A stretch of DNA of 64,000 bases from Candidatus Thorarchaeota archaeon (GCA_048884965.1 JBHLQH010000004.1:96001-160000); one strand, 5' to 3'. Shown: positions 17,292-28,586, numbered from the stretch's first letter. Notes: a model not told the origin generated them from the letters alone. Made by a program: numbers and translations.

Positions 17292-18782
17292 ATGCCAGAT
17301 GCTGAGATAAAAAATAATGGCAGCATCAACTATCAAGCAAGGAATCGCATCCTTCGCGAGCTGCTCCTCCATACCCATGATGCTATCAGTATTCTATCTC
17401 CAACAGGAGATTATCTTGAGCAGAATCGGGAACATAGAGAGTTATTGGGTTTCGATAACAGGGAACTAATCGGGAACTCCCTATCTATGATAATGTGTGA
17501 GGAGGATTTCAAAAAAGTAACTCACAGCATACAGAATGAAGGAGTGTTCATCGGAAACATCCAGACTGAGAAAGCTGATGGTTCAAGTATTCTTGTCGAG
17601 ATGCATATCTTTGAGATAAGAAATGATGAGGAATCACTTGAATGCCATCTTTCAATATCCAGAGAGCTTACAGAAAGCGATCAGATAAGGAAGGCATTGG
17701 AAGAGAGTGCAAAGAAATATCGAACCTTATTCGAGAATGCCAATGATGCAATATTCCTCATGAAGGATGATGTGTTTATAGAATGCAATGATAGGACTTT
17801 GGAAATGTTCGGATGCACAAGAGAACAAATACTGCAAAATACACCATATCGATTCTCACCATTGACTCAACCTGATGGCAGAGACTCAAAAGAGAAAGCA
17901 TTGGAGAAAATCAATGCGGCATTTGCGGGAGAACCTCAGTTCTTTGAATGGCGTCACATCCAATTCGATGGTACACCCTTTGAAGCAGAAGTAAGCTTGA
18001 ACGCAATCGAGTTTGGTGAGATGCATGTCTTACAGGCCATTGTTAGAGATATCACTGAAAGAAAAGAAGCTGAAAAGACTCTAAAAGCAAGCCATCAACA
18101 ACTGGAAAATGCACAATCAAGAGCTCAATTCTTCAACGATCTGTTATCTCATGACCTTGTAAACATCAACCAAGGCGTGTTGGCAAGTCTAGAACTGATT
18201 TTGATGGATGACCTACCAGAAGGCATTCGTGATTTACTCATGCAGACAGCGGCACAGGTCAAGAGAGGAATCACGGTGATGGCAAATGTAAGGAAAATTT
18301 CCGAGATTGAAAGTGGCGAATCTCCTCTTGTGCCGGTGAACCTTCGAAGTTCCATGAAAATCGCAATTGATCTCGTGTGTCAAAGCTTTCCCGAAAGAGA
18401 GATTGATGTCAGATCGGATATTGATCCAAACCTCCTCTTGGCAGCCGATAGCTTATTGGTGGACCTCATCTACAATATCCTACACAATAGCGTGAAACAT
18501 ACTGCAAATGATCCTGTTATAATTGACGTGAATGTAGAGAATTCGGGAGAGAGTGATTTCATCAAATTGTCAATCGAGGACAATGGAAGAGGAATTCCTG
18601 ATGACATCAAGCCTCTAGTCTTTGATCGTTTTGCAACTGGTAGATATCAGCAATCAGGCATAGGTTTGACCTTGGTCAAGACCATCATTGATCACTATAA
18701 GGGGAAGGTTTTGGTGGAGGATAGAGTAAAAGGAGATCATACTCAGGGAACTCGATTTCTATTCTATATACATAAAGACTAA
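17292..18782 (+). CDS. Cytoplasmic 2xPAS sensor histidine kinase
   Basis: Two PAS/PAC domains; H-box LLSHDLVN; N-box NILHNSVKH; DNGRGIP; GIGL. Confidence 0.92.
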   Translation: MPDAEIKNNGSINYQARNRILRELLLHTHDAISILSPTGDYLEQNREHRELLGFDNRELIGNSLSMIMCEEDFKKVTHSIQNEGVFIGNIQTEKADGSSILVEMHIFEIRNDEESLECHLSISRELTESDQIRKALEESAKKYRTLFENANDAIFLMKDDVFIECNDRTLEMFGCTREQILQNTPYRFSPLTQPDGRDSKEKALEKINAAFAGEPQFFEWRHIQFDGTPFEAEVSLNAIEFGEMHVLQAIVRDITERKEAEKTLKASHQQLENAQSRAQFFNDLLSHDLVNINQGVLASLELILMDDLPEGIRDLLMQTAAQVKRGITVMANVRKISEIESGESPLVPVNLRSSMKIAIDLVCQSFPEREIDVRSDIDPNLLLAADSLLVDLIYNILHNSVKHTANDPVIIDVNVENSGESDFIKLSIEDNGRGIPDDIKPLVFDRFATGRYQQSGIGLTLVKTIIDHYKGKVLVEDRVKGDHTQGTRFLFYIHKD

Positions 18783-18911
18783 TTGAAAAGGATGTGGAAC
18801 ATACGAGAAAGCAGGGACCTTTATCAGAGCAAGTACAATGTCGCCCTCGGGAGATTCGTAGTCTATGCCCTGCATATTGTAGGCAGTATCCTTTCAGTGG
18901 AGATAGCAACA

Positions 18912-21530
18912 ATGAATAATGAGGAGGTACCTTCACCAACAGAACTCGGTGAAAATGACTCCAGGTATAAAATAATCCTAGATGCCTTGGGGGATGCTAT
19001 TCATGTTGTCGATAGAGATCTGAGAATCATCTACCAGAATCCAGCTTTTACAGAGTGGCTTGGTTCTTTGAATCGGGAGACAATAATTGTTGGAAAGACT
19101 ATTGGAGAAGCGTTCCCCTTCATCTCTGAGGAAACTCTTGATGAGTATAGGAGACTTTTCTCATCGGGTCACACGCATCTTGTGACTGAGAATACAATCC
19201 TTGAGGGAAGAGAAGTCATTACTGAGGTCAGAAAGATACCAGTCACTGAAGATGGGAAAGTTATCCAAATCATCACGCTTCTACGCGATATTACAAAGCA
19301 AATCAAGTCGCAACAGATGATCTCAGAATCTGAAGAGCGATATCGGAGGCTCTATAGAAATCTCTCTGATGCACTTTTTCAAACGGACACCTCGGGTACA
19401 ATTACTATGGCAGGAGAGAGGGCAAAGGCGATTTTCGGGTATGAGAAGGATGAGTTGATTGGGCATCGCTTCACTGAGCTGTTGGCACCTTCTGAGATCC
19501 CTCGAATAATGGAGGTATTCAGAAAACGGCTATCTTCCTTGGAGGACAATCCAGAGGGTATAGAGGCTGAAGGGATGAAGAAAGATGGTACAACCTTTAG
19601 GTTCCATATCACGAATACGATTCTTCTCGATAATGGAAAACCCATTGGCTATCAGTCACTTGTTAGAGATGTGACGGAGATGAAAAGAGCTGAACTCGAG
19701 ATTATGCAAAAAGAGGAGAAATATCGTGCATTATTCGAACAGAATAATGATGCAGTATTCATACTAGGTCAAGAGGGGGAAATGGTTGAATCGAATCATC
19801 GAGCTGAGGAAATTTTTGGATATACTCAATCGGAATTGGAGGGCAGTCCTTTTCGGATGCTCCTTACCGATCTTGATGAGTCCTTTATTCAATACGTCAC
19901 AAACACTCTCGTATCCGAAGAAGAGATGCCAGTTGTCGAACTTGACTTTAAAATGAAGGATGGTACTCGCTTCCCTGGTGAAGTTAGGCTTTCACTTGTA
20001 CGAGATCAAGAGAAACGCCCAATCTACTGCCAAGCAATTGTCAGAAACATTAGCGAACGGAAGAAGAATGAGAGTGCTATCAAGGAAGAACACGACAGAG
20101 CTCAGATGTATCTAGATATAGCTGGAGTTATGCTGGTTGCCTTGAACTCAAAGGGAGAGATTATTCTCCTGAATCAAAAGGGTTGCGAGATCCTTGGGTA
20201 TACAGAAGAGGAGGTCATACTCAAAGATTGGTTCTCCGTGATGGTCCCTCATGATTATCAAGAAGCTACAAGAAATGCTTTCGCACTCCTCATGCAAGGC
20301 AAGGGAGAGGCAGTCACTAGCTTTGAGAATACCGTTGTTACAAAAACAGGGGATATTCGTCTAATCTATTGGCAAAATGAAGTACTAAAGGACAAAGACG
20401 GAAACATCATGGGTACACTCAGCTCGGGCGAGGACATTACTGATAGGAAGAAGATTCTCGATGCCTTGAAGACTGAGAAGAAACGGTATCAGATCCTTTT
20501 CGAAACAGCCCCTATTGCGATTGCTGTAACAACTGATGAGGGAGAGTTATTGGATGCGAATTGGTCATTTCAAGAGTTGCTAGGATACACATTGGAGGAA
20601 TTTCAAAAGCTACCAGTTCGTGACCTATATGCGATTTCTTCGGAACGAGATAGACTCTCTTCAGTCCTTGAAAGTGAGGGCAAAGTCAGAAATTTGGAAA
20701 CAGTACTCAAAAAGAAGGATGGAGAGAAGATAGATGCACTACTGAACGTGGATTATGTCGATTACGATGACAGAATAGTACGACTAACTACAATCCGTGA
20801 CATCACTGAGCTGAATCACACAAGGAAGAAGTTAGAAGAGGCACGAGCGAGAGCTGAATTCTATGCGGATCTACTTGCACACGACTTGAACAATGTGCAT
20901 CAAGGCATTCTGGTAGGTGCTGAGCTTCTTCTTTTAAACGAAAGTCTTGAAGAGGTACCAAGAAACCATGGAATAGCGATTAGGGATCAAGTAGCAAGAG
21001 GGATAGATCTCATTGAAAACGTGAGGAAACTCTCTAGAATGGAAGCAGATACAGCTCCAGCATTAATGGAAGTCGACCTTCACACCATTTTGGCGAATGC
21101 ATTGATGTTAGCACAACATGCATTCCCAATGAAGAATGCTCATTTTGATATAAGATTCAAGCCAGGACAGGTCATTGTATTGGCAGACGAGTTTCTAATT
21201 GATTTGTTCTATAACATGATTCACAATGCAATGAAGTTCGATGTCAGCAATGAAATCGAAATAGCTATTGAGATTAGTAGAGGAGAGAAGGAAGGTTTTG
21301 TCGAAGTTGCCATAATTGATAGCGGGCCAGGTATACCTCCTGATAGAAAAGAGGACCTATTCAGTAGATTGGAAAAAGGGAGGACATTGGGTTCAGGAAT
21401 GGGATTGACACTAGTCAGGCATATCGCAGAGCGGTATGGAGGTAGAACATGGGTAGAGGACAAAGTTCCTGGAGTGCATAACAAGGGCTCAAAGTTTGTA
21501 GTCGAACTTCCAACGTTCAGAGATCCATAA
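18912..21530 (+). CDS. Cytoplasmic 5xPAS sensor histidine kinase
   Basis: Five PAS/PAC repeats ending in RDIT-like motifs; LLAHDLNN; DSGPGIP; GSGMGL; the ORF is open from 18783, probable start 18897-18912. Confidence 0.92.
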   Translation: MNNEEVPSPTELGENDSRYKIILDALGDAIHVVDRDLRIIYQNPAFTEWLGSLNRETIIVGKTIGEAFPFISEETLDEYRRLFSSGHTHLVTENTILEGREVITEVRKIPVTEDGKVIQIITLLRDITKQIKSQQMISESEERYRRLYRNLSDALFQTDTSGTITMAGERAKAIFGYEKDELIGHRFTELLAPSEIPRIMEVFRKRLSSLEDNPEGIEAEGMKKDGTTFRFHITNTILLDNGKPIGYQSLVRDVTEMKRAELEIMQKEEKYRALFEQNNDAVFILGQEGEMVESNHRAEEIFGYTQSELEGSPFRMLLTDLDESFIQYVTNTLVSEEEMPVVELDFKMKDGTRFPGEVRLSLVRDQEKRPIYCQAIVRNISERKKNESAIKEEHDRAQMYLDIAGVMLVALNSKGEIILLNQKGCEILGYTEEEVILKDWFSVMVPHDYQEATRNAFALLMQGKGEAVTSFENTVVTKTGDIRLIYWQNEVLKDKDGNIMGTLSSGEDITDRKKILDALKTEKKRYQILFETAPIAIAVTTDEGELLDANWSFQELLGYTLEEFQKLPVRDLYAISSERDRLSSVLESEGKVRNLETVLKKKDGEKIDALLNVDYVDYDDRIVRLTTIRDITELNHTRKKLEEARARAEFYADLLAHDLNNVHQGILVGAELLLLNESLEEVPRNHGIAIRDQVARGIDLIENVRKLSRMEADTAPALMEVDLHTILANALMLAQHAFPMKNAHFDIRFKPGQVIVLADEFLIDLFYNMIHNAMKFDVSNEIEIAIEISRGEKEGFVEVAIIDSGPGIPPDRKEDLFSRLEKGRTLGSGMGLTLVRHIAERYGGRTWVEDKVPGVHNKGSKFVVELPTFRDP

Positions 21531-21945
21531 GGGTCACAAGGGCTTCTCCTTCAAGAACGATCTTCTTGTCCTGATTGGTACATATCGTCTTCAATCTGAT
21601 GTGCTTCTTCTCATCAATCTTCTCAATGACCTCAACAGTAGTGGTGATCGTATCACCAATACGTACAGGCCGCACGAATCTCATTGATTGCCCAAGATAG
21701 ATTGTACCTGCTCCAGGAAGATGCATGCCAATTGCAGTGCTAATGGAAGCTGCAGTAAGAATACCGTGCGCAATTCGACTCTTGAATAGAGTCTTCTTCG
21801 CCCATTCTTCATTGAAATGAATTGGATTGTAATCGCCGCTAAGCTTCCCAAAGCTTTGTATATCATCTTCAGTTATGGTGTGTACTACTTCAGCACTATC
21901 ACCTATCTTGACATCCTCGTATCTTGTTACACTGATTTCACTCAT
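21517..21945 (-). CDS. MaoC-family (R)-specific enoyl-CoA hydratase/dehydratase
   Basis: SGDYNPIH..IAHG hydratase-2 motif; ATGA overlap with the upstream stop. Confidence 0.93.
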   Translation of the reverse strand: MSEISVTRYEDVKIGDSAEVVHTITEDDIQSFGKLSGDYNPIHFNEEWAKKTLFKSRIAHGILTAASISTAIGMHLPGAGTIYLGQSMRFVRPVRIGDTITTTVEVIEKIDEKKHIRLKTICTNQDKKIVLEGEALVTLMDL

Positions 21946-22970
21946 ACCTTCCATTCACCCCACTTGATGGTAATTGCATTCCAAGACCATCCGATTCCTG
22001 CAGCTGTAAGAACCACAACATCACCATCCTTTATCTTGCCAGTTTTCAATCCTTCCTCGATAGAAACGATTGCATCATTTTGACCCATATGGCCCCACTC
22101 GTCGAAATACGTTGATTGATCATAGGGATGAATTCCAATCTCTCGCGCCACGTATTCGAACGCACTTCTTTTCATCCTGATCAGACCAAGATAATCAATA
22201 TCGTTTCTGGTATATCCACTTCGTTCAAGGGATTGGTCAATTACCTTAACGAAATTATCCATAGATAATCTATCAAGACGGCCCTTCAAGCCTTCTGGGT
22301 CTGGGACGTTCAAATAGATCAGTCGTTTCTCTATTGCCTCACAGCTTATTGGCATTACCGTCCCACCGGCAGGAACATACACATCCTCGGAGAACTGCCC
22401 ATCAGAGATGACACTGCCCTCTAGGACAACATTATGTGGATAGTCGGCACGAAGAATCATTGCGACTCCACTCGCAGCCAAATCATGCATGAATCGACTT
22501 GAAAGGTTAGAATAATCAATTAGGTCGCAATTGCGATATCCACTCGCGATCAGAACTCGTTTGTAATTGAGAGTGTCCATGAGTGATTTTGCCAATAGCA
22601 TAGCGACAACGAAAGTACCACATCGCTGGTTCACATCAAAAGCCCACGCTTTCACTGCACCTATCTCACCTTGGAGCTTGATGCCATATGTCTGCATTGG
22701 ATGTTCCGCATACACTTCTCCAGCCCATATCACTAAGTCTATGTCTTCTGAAGGATTGATTCCTGCACGGTCGATTGCCACCTTCGCGGCCTTCACGCCC
22801 ATTGCCACAGTATGGTCATCAGGGCCCGGAACAGCCTTGCTCTTCATCCCCATCTTTGAGATGATAACATCCACTGGAGTCCCAGATTGCGAAGAGATGA
22901 ATTCTGCACTATGTCTTTCCTTTGGTATATAGACTCCAACAGATTCGATTCCAATGAGCCTTGAATTCAT
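21942..22970 (-). CDS. FabH/KAS III-like thiolase-fold enzyme
   Basis: AFDVNQRCGT (active Cys), GHMGQND, C-terminal AAGIGWSW. Confidence 0.88.
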   Translation of the reverse strand: MNSRLIGIESVGVYIPKERHSAEFISSQSGTPVDVIISKMGMKSKAVPGPDDHTVAMGVKAAKVAIDRAGINPSEDIDLVIWAGEVYAEHPMQTYGIKLQGEIGAVKAWAFDVNQRCGTFVVAMLLAKSLMDTLNYKRVLIASGYRNCDLIDYSNLSSRFMHDLAASGVAMILRADYPHNVVLEGSVISDGQFSEDVYVPAGGTVMPISCEAIEKRLIYLNVPDPEGLKGRLDRLSMDNFVKVIDQSLERSGYTRNDIDYLGLIRMKRSAFEYVAREIGIHPYDQSTYFDEWGHMGQNDAIVSIEEGLKTGKIKDGDVVVLTAAGIGWSWNAITIKWGEWKV

Positions 22971-24493
22971 GCTCTCTCCTCCTTCTCTAGCTCACGCTTC
23001 AGTATCTTTCCAGCTGCGCTTTTTGGAAGGGTTTTGCGAATCTCATAATACTTCGGAATTTTATAGCGAGCCAGCTTACCTTCCAGATATTCTCGGATTT
23101 CATCAAGCTCCATAGAGGAGTTCTCTTTAAGGGATACGAAGGCTTTTCCAACCTCCCCCCATTTCTCATCGGGGATACCAATCACAGCAGCTTCCAGAAT
23201 AGCAGGATGCATGTAAAGAACCTCCTCAATCTCCGTAGGAAAGACATTCTCGCCTCCACTGATGTACATGTCCTTCTTCCTTCCTACTATATAGTAGAAG
23301 CCCTCTTCATCAATTATGACCAAATCACCTGTATGTACCCATCCATCTGGTTCAATGGTCTTCGCAGTTTCCTCAGGTTCGTCCCAATAGCCATTGAAAA
23401 TGTGGGGACCTCGTAGAAGCAACTCACCAGCTGAACCAAAAGGAACAGGATTGTTATCATCGTCAACAACCTTGGTATCACAGTGGAAAACCGGAAACCC
23501 AACAGAGCTCGGCTTCCGTTTGATGTCAGATTCAGGGAGGTAGAAATTATTGGGTCCTACCTCTGTTAGACCGTAACCCATCTTGAAGTGTCTACCTTTC
23601 TTCCAATAGTTCTCCATTATTGCTACGGGACAAGGGGCACCTCCACTAATGAAGATGCGAACAGTATCGAATGAGGATGTAGCGAATTCTTTTGCTTGAG
23701 CCATCATCTGAAACATAGTCGGCACTCCAATGACTATACTACACATTTCTCTATCGATAACTTGAAGGGTTTCGCTGGGATTGAAATCTCCCATTAGGAT
23801 GGTACGAGCTCCTAAATGATAGAAGGGCACTAAGAGGACATTCCACCCCCCGGTATGGAATAGCGGAAATAGAAGAGGCTGAGTGTCATCAGAGCGAAGC
23901 TCCCAAGATGTGATTGTGTTCACTGAGTTCCAGAATATTAGCCGGTGTGATAAGATAGCACCCTTAGGGAGACCTGTCGTTCCCCCAGTGAACACGATGA
24001 GATGAGGATCATTGAAATCAAGCTTTTCTCGTTCAATTGGGTCAGCGCTGGTTTCTTTCATCGAGTCACCAAGATCTTGATTCATCAGTATAATCCTACA
24101 TTCAGAAAGTGTGTTTTCTGATGGACGAAATCCCTCTACCAAGTCAGGATCCAGAAAGAGTATTTTGGGGGAGGTCCTTTTGAGAAGATATTCTGTTTCC
24201 GGGGCTGCTAAGCGGACATTGAAGGGGACCATAATAGCTCCTATCTTCCCTGTTGCCAGAAAGAGATCAATCATCTCGATACGGTTCTTGGAATATGCGG
24301 CAATACGGTCACCCTTCCGTACACCGAAATCGTGCAGCATTCGAGAGAGTCTGTTGGCACGATCATCCATGTCGTCATATGTGTACCTTTTCCCCATAGC
24401 ATGATCAAAAATCGCTTCTTTATTGGGGGTCAGTTCCGCTCTTCTCTTGGACCATTGACCAATCCATGCCCAATCTTCGCTTTGGTATGTCAT
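22967..24493 (-). CDS. Acyl-CoA ligase (long-chain fatty acid-CoA ligase-like, ANL superfamily)
   Basis: FTGGTTGLPKG, GYGLTE, HTGD, GRKKDMYISGGENV, PKSAAGKI. Confidence 0.95.
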   Translation of the reverse strand: MTYQSEDWAWIGQWSKRRAELTPNKEAIFDHAMGKRYTYDDMDDRANRLSRMLHDFGVRKGDRIAAYSKNRIEMIDLFLATGKIGAIMVPFNVRLAAPETEYLLKRTSPKILFLDPDLVEGFRPSENTLSECRIILMNQDLGDSMKETSADPIEREKLDFNDPHLIVFTGGTTGLPKGAILSHRLIFWNSVNTITSWELRSDDTQPLLFPLFHTGGWNVLLVPFYHLGARTILMGDFNPSETLQVIDREMCSIVIGVPTMFQMMAQAKEFATSSFDTVRIFISGGAPCPVAIMENYWKKGRHFKMGYGLTEVGPNNFYLPESDIKRKPSSVGFPVFHCDTKVVDDDNNPVPFGSAGELLLRGPHIFNGYWDEPEETAKTIEPDGWVHTGDLVIIDEEGFYYIVGRKKDMYISGGENVFPTEIEEVLYMHPAILEAAVIGIPDEKWGEVGKAFVSLKENSSMELDEIREYLEGKLARYKIPKYYEIRKTLPKSAAGKILKRELEKEERA

Positions 24494-24653
24494 AGCAAGC
24501 TCACTTTTCGATAATAAGCAATTACTAACAATGTTGATTGAAAATCTTGTGGTCTATCAAAGATATACCCATATACAGTTATGTAGTCATTTGACTACTT
24601 AGATTGTATTCAATGTCCGATTTCTATACCAAAATTCAATTGGATGGCTAGAG

Positions 24654-27635
24654 ATGAACCCCGAAGTGAATCAAAAGGATGCAGACGACCTTCTTAGGTA
24701 TTACGCCCTAGTTGATTCTATGAATGATGCGTTTGGAGTGGTAGATAATAATAGAATTTTCATCTATGTAAACAAGAGATTTGGCGAGTTACTAAACTAT
24801 GCACCGACAGAGATTGTTGGCAGGCATATTACGGATTTTTTGGATGAGAAGAATAGAGGAATCCTTGCAAACAATATTCGAAAGAGGGAACAAGGTCTTT
24901 CATCCCAGTATGAAATTGAATGGACTACTAGCGATGGAAAGCAGATACCGACTATAGTTTCTGGTGCCCCTTTGGTCGATGAGGAAGGAATTCATAGAGG
25001 TTCATATGCAGTAGTCACGGACATCTCAGCTATTAGGTATGCCAGTGAGGCCCTTAAAACCAGCGAAAAGCTATACAGATCAGTCGTAGAAACCATGAAC
25101 GAGGGTCTTCTCCTTGTAGATCCAAATTATATCATCACATACGCAAATCCAAGCTTCTTCAGGATAATGGGTTATAGCGAAGCGGAAGTAATAGGTAGAT
25201 CAATTGTCGATTTCATCCATGAGAACATGAAGGATGAGGTTTCCACTTGGGTCGATCAAAGAAAGACCGAGTTCTCTCAGAATTATGAGATTGCTTGGCA
25301 GTCTAAGGAGGGTAAGATAGTTTATACCTTCACAACACCAAGAGGCATCTTTGATGCCGAGGGAAGTCTATCAGGAATCCTTGGTGTTATTGTGAATATT
25401 ACTGCAAGAAAGGAAGCCGAGGAAGCACTAAAACACTCCGAACAGAGATACAGAGCACTCTTCCAAGAAACTCCAATTGGAATTATTACAACTACTGTTA
25501 AGGGTGATATAAGCGGAATTAACCGCACTGCATTAGAAATCATAGGTTCAGAGTCGGAAGAGCAAACAAGAAAGATCAACATATTCTCTTTTCAACCGCT
25601 CATCGATGTAGGCATTCCTGAAGCGTTCAAACAGGTTATCGAAGAAAAGAGAATCATTGAAGGTGAACTTCGATATCGTTCTAGTTGGGGAAAAGAGGTT
25701 TACTTGCACTACAAGCTCTCACCTATGATTTCTCAGAGTGATACTGTTGATAGTATACTTGTTGTATTTGATGATGTGAGTGAAATACGAAAAGCTGAAG
25801 ATGCCATAAAGCAATCAGAGGATAACTACAGAACACTGGCCGAGAAATCATTGCAAGGCCTCTCAGTTATCCAGAATGGAGTCTATGCATACGTGAATCC
25901 AGCCTTTGCGCAGATAGTTGGGTACTCCCCAGGTGAGATCCTGGCAATGGAGTCAGATGAAGCATGGACCACGTTGATTTATCCAGACGATAGGGCATAT
26001 CTATTGGAACTGGCAAAACTAAGGAATGATGGAAAACCCACTCCCAATCCATATGAATACAGATTGGTACGAAGAGATGGTACAGTTCGTTGGGTAGAGG
26101 CATTTGCTAACAATACCGTTTTTGGCGGAGAGAAAGCAACTCAGATTCATGTGATCGACATTACTGATAGAAAAGTTGCCGAAATGCAATTGAAAGCTTC
26201 GCAAAACATGCTCCAACTTGTTATGAATAACATTCCTCAATTCATCTTCTGGAAAGATACCTCTTCCATCTATATGGGCTGCAATGAGATTTTTGCAAAA
26301 GCTGCAGGTGTAAAGACTCCTGAGAATATTGTTGGAAAGACGGATTTTGACCTTGCATGGAGAAGAGAAGAAGCCGAAACATTTCGTGAAAGCGATCGAG
26401 AAGTGATGGAAACGGGGGAACCCATATACGATATCATTGAACTTCAGCTTCGTGCGGACGGCAGAGAAGCATGGCTAAGGACATCCAAGGTCCCATTATT
26501 GGATGAGCATGGAAATGTTATTGGTGTACTTGGAACTCAAGAAGATGTCACTGAGAAATTGGAAACAGAAGAGGCCATTAGGAAATCCGAAACCAAATAT
26601 CGAACTCTTGCTGAGCAGAGCATTCAAGGACTTACAATCGTTACTACTGATGGATTTGCCTACGTGAATAGGGCGTTCGCAGATATGGTAGGGAGACCTG
26701 TGAAGGCACTCCTTGAGATGGTCGGTGATGAGATTTGGGAGGTCCTACATCCTGAGGATAGACCAATCCTGAAAGAAAGAATGGAAGCTCGAATAGAGAA
26801 ACGAGCGTTGGCTCCTCGCCATGAATATCGAGTCCTACGACCTGACGGTTCCTTGAGATGGCTTGAAGCGTACGCACAAACCATCGACTACCAAGGATTG
26901 GTGGCAATTCAAACAGTATGGGTTGACGTGACTGAGAGACGAAAGGCTGAGAAAGAGGTTCGCACTGAGAAGGACCGGGCAACACTATATCTAGACCTGA
27001 TGGGTCACGATATTCGTCAGCAACTTCAAGTTATCATGAACAGTGCTACGCTTCTCAGGACAGCTACTGAAGAAGATGTGCGGACCTCCTTCTTTGGCAT
27101 CATTGAGGAGGCTGTTCAACGATGCTCCAGACTGATTGAAGAGGTAAGAGCGACAGAGTATTTGATGACACTGCCGATGGCAAGTAAGAATCTTCTTATT
27201 GCAATTCAAGGCTGCATACAAGCTCTCGCACCACACTCAACCTACACACAATTTCACCTGAGCGCGCAAGTGTCGGATGCCATAATCTTGGCAGATGATT
27301 TCCTTGAGTTATTGATAACGAACATATTGATGAATGCAATCGAACATAATCCCAAGAAAGAGAAGAATGTCTGGATTGATATAACGGAAGATCATAACAA
27401 CTACTATGTGATGGTAGCAGATGATGGACCGGGAATAGGCGACAAACGAAAGACCGAGCTCTTTGATATGGCTCGACGGTTTGGTGGAGTAGGATTACAT
27501 CAATCAAACCAGATCATTGAGAAATACGGTGGCAGTATCACTGTGATGGATCGTGTGGAAGGTATGCCGGGGAATGGAGCAAAGTTCCAAATGTCATTCC
27601 CAAAGAATGGGATAACGGATACTAAGAGCCAATAA
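24654..27635 (+). CDS. Cytoplasmic 6xPAS sensor histidine kinase
   Basis: Six PAS/PAC repeats; LMGHDIRQ H-box; NAIEHN; DDGPGI; GVGL. Confidence 0.92.
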   Translation: MNPEVNQKDADDLLRYYALVDSMNDAFGVVDNNRIFIYVNKRFGELLNYAPTEIVGRHITDFLDEKNRGILANNIRKREQGLSSQYEIEWTTSDGKQIPTIVSGAPLVDEEGIHRGSYAVVTDISAIRYASEALKTSEKLYRSVVETMNEGLLLVDPNYIITYANPSFFRIMGYSEAEVIGRSIVDFIHENMKDEVSTWVDQRKTEFSQNYEIAWQSKEGKIVYTFTTPRGIFDAEGSLSGILGVIVNITARKEAEEALKHSEQRYRALFQETPIGIITTTVKGDISGINRTALEIIGSESEEQTRKINIFSFQPLIDVGIPEAFKQVIEEKRIIEGELRYRSSWGKEVYLHYKLSPMISQSDTVDSILVVFDDVSEIRKAEDAIKQSEDNYRTLAEKSLQGLSVIQNGVYAYVNPAFAQIVGYSPGEILAMESDEAWTTLIYPDDRAYLLELAKLRNDGKPTPNPYEYRLVRRDGTVRWVEAFANNTVFGGEKATQIHVIDITDRKVAEMQLKASQNMLQLVMNNIPQFIFWKDTSSIYMGCNEIFAKAAGVKTPENIVGKTDFDLAWRREEAETFRESDREVMETGEPIYDIIELQLRADGREAWLRTSKVPLLDEHGNVIGVLGTQEDVTEKLETEEAIRKSETKYRTLAEQSIQGLTIVTTDGFAYVNRAFADMVGRPVKALLEMVGDEIWEVLHPEDRPILKERMEARIEKRALAPRHEYRVLRPDGSLRWLEAYAQTIDYQGLVAIQTVWVDVTERRKAEKEVRTEKDRATLYLDLMGHDIRQQLQVIMNSATLLRTATEEDVRTSFFGIIEEAVQRCSRLIEEVRATEYLMTLPMASKNLLIAIQGCIQALAPHSTYTQFHLSAQVSDAIILADDFLELLITNILMNAIEHNPKKEKNVWIDITEDHNNYYVMVADDGPGIGDKRKTELFDMARRFGGVGLHQSNQIIEKYGGSITVMDRVEGMPGNGAKFQMSFPKNGITDTKSQ

Positions 27636-28488
27636 TAACCTCGATCTCTTCATCAGATTTAGATCCAATACCCAGATCGACAGCATGCTTGATTTGTGGA
27701 ATCTCCCATACATCCATGTTAAGCCGATTCTCCGCATCATAGCTCTGCAGCATCTTTACACCTTCAACATCAATCGCGACCATATCTCCACTAGCAAGGA
27801 TTACTTCTGAACATTCAACCTGTCCATACATAGGACCTTGGGTCACAAAACACTCTCGAGCATCCATGACGATCAATGATGGACTGAAGTATGATGCCAA
27901 GTCTACGACCTTCTGTTCAAGCTTTCGAGCGTGCATCATTATTCGATCAGTCTTCTTTAGCCAGCCTACGAACAGCTTCATTGCTCCAGTGAAACGGGCT
28001 AGACGATGGGTCTTTAGACAAGGAGCGAGAACTAATGTGCCTGGATTCACAACTGGACTACCAAGAGAACCGGACCTCATATACTTCCCTTTTGGAAACT
28101 TGACCTTGATCCACTTATGCTCCTCAAGAAAAACAAACTCAGCATCCAGAGAGTCTAATACATCAAAGAATCCGATCTTCTCAGCTGTTTCACGTGCAGA
28201 TACTCGGAGTGTGGAGCTATCGATAACCCTCAACTTTCCGGCGCCATTCTCAAGGAGTAATTCTCCCAAAGCCTTGAGGAAATCAGGAGCGGTAGATGCC
28301 GGGTAGGGATCTGCAGTATTGAGATTGGGTTTGATGGTCACCAAGTCCCCTTCCTTTATTACCTTCTTGAATCCCCCGATTAGTTCTACAGCTCTATCGA
28401 TTGATTCCTTCAGATCTCCTGACACGATTACCTTTCCTACAAGAGATTTCCCATTCTCGGAGTACGGTGTTCCCAACATCATTACCAC
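27622..28488 (-). CDS. DUF362-domain protein
   Basis: VTIKPNL, LKTH..FTGAMK, ASGDMVAID motifs. Confidence 0.82.
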   Translation of the reverse strand: MVMMLGTPYSENGKSLVGKVIVSGDLKESIDRAVELIGGFKKVIKEGDLVTIKPNLNTADPYPASTAPDFLKALGELLLENGAGKLRVIDSSTLRVSARETAEKIGFFDVLDSLDAEFVFLEEHKWIKVKFPKGKYMRSGSLGSPVVNPGTLVLAPCLKTHRLARFTGAMKLFVGWLKKTDRIMMHARKLEQKVVDLASYFSPSLIVMDARECFVTQGPMYGQVECSEVILASGDMVAIDVEGVKMLQSYDAENRLNMDVWEIPQIKHAVDLGIGSKSDEEIEVIIGS

Positions 28489-28541
28489 TCAGTGTTAGTG
28501 AGTTTATACCAAAATAGTTTGTGAAATAGATGCATTCAATT

Positions 28542-28572
28542 AAAAGAAAAAACGAGGGGGCTTGCCCCTCGT
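28542..28572 (-). terminator. 8-bp GC hairpin + T-tract
   Basis: Minus strand ACGAGGGG-CAAGC-CCCCTCGT-TTTTTCTTTT after the stop at 28587. Confidence 0.7.
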
Positions 28573-28586
28573 CTATCCTAGTTGGA

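Noticed and set aside
18783-18911. Fusion or readthrough of the two adjacent PAS kinases
   Set aside because: They are in frame but separated by a TAA; each has a complete kinase core and the linker looks non-coding.
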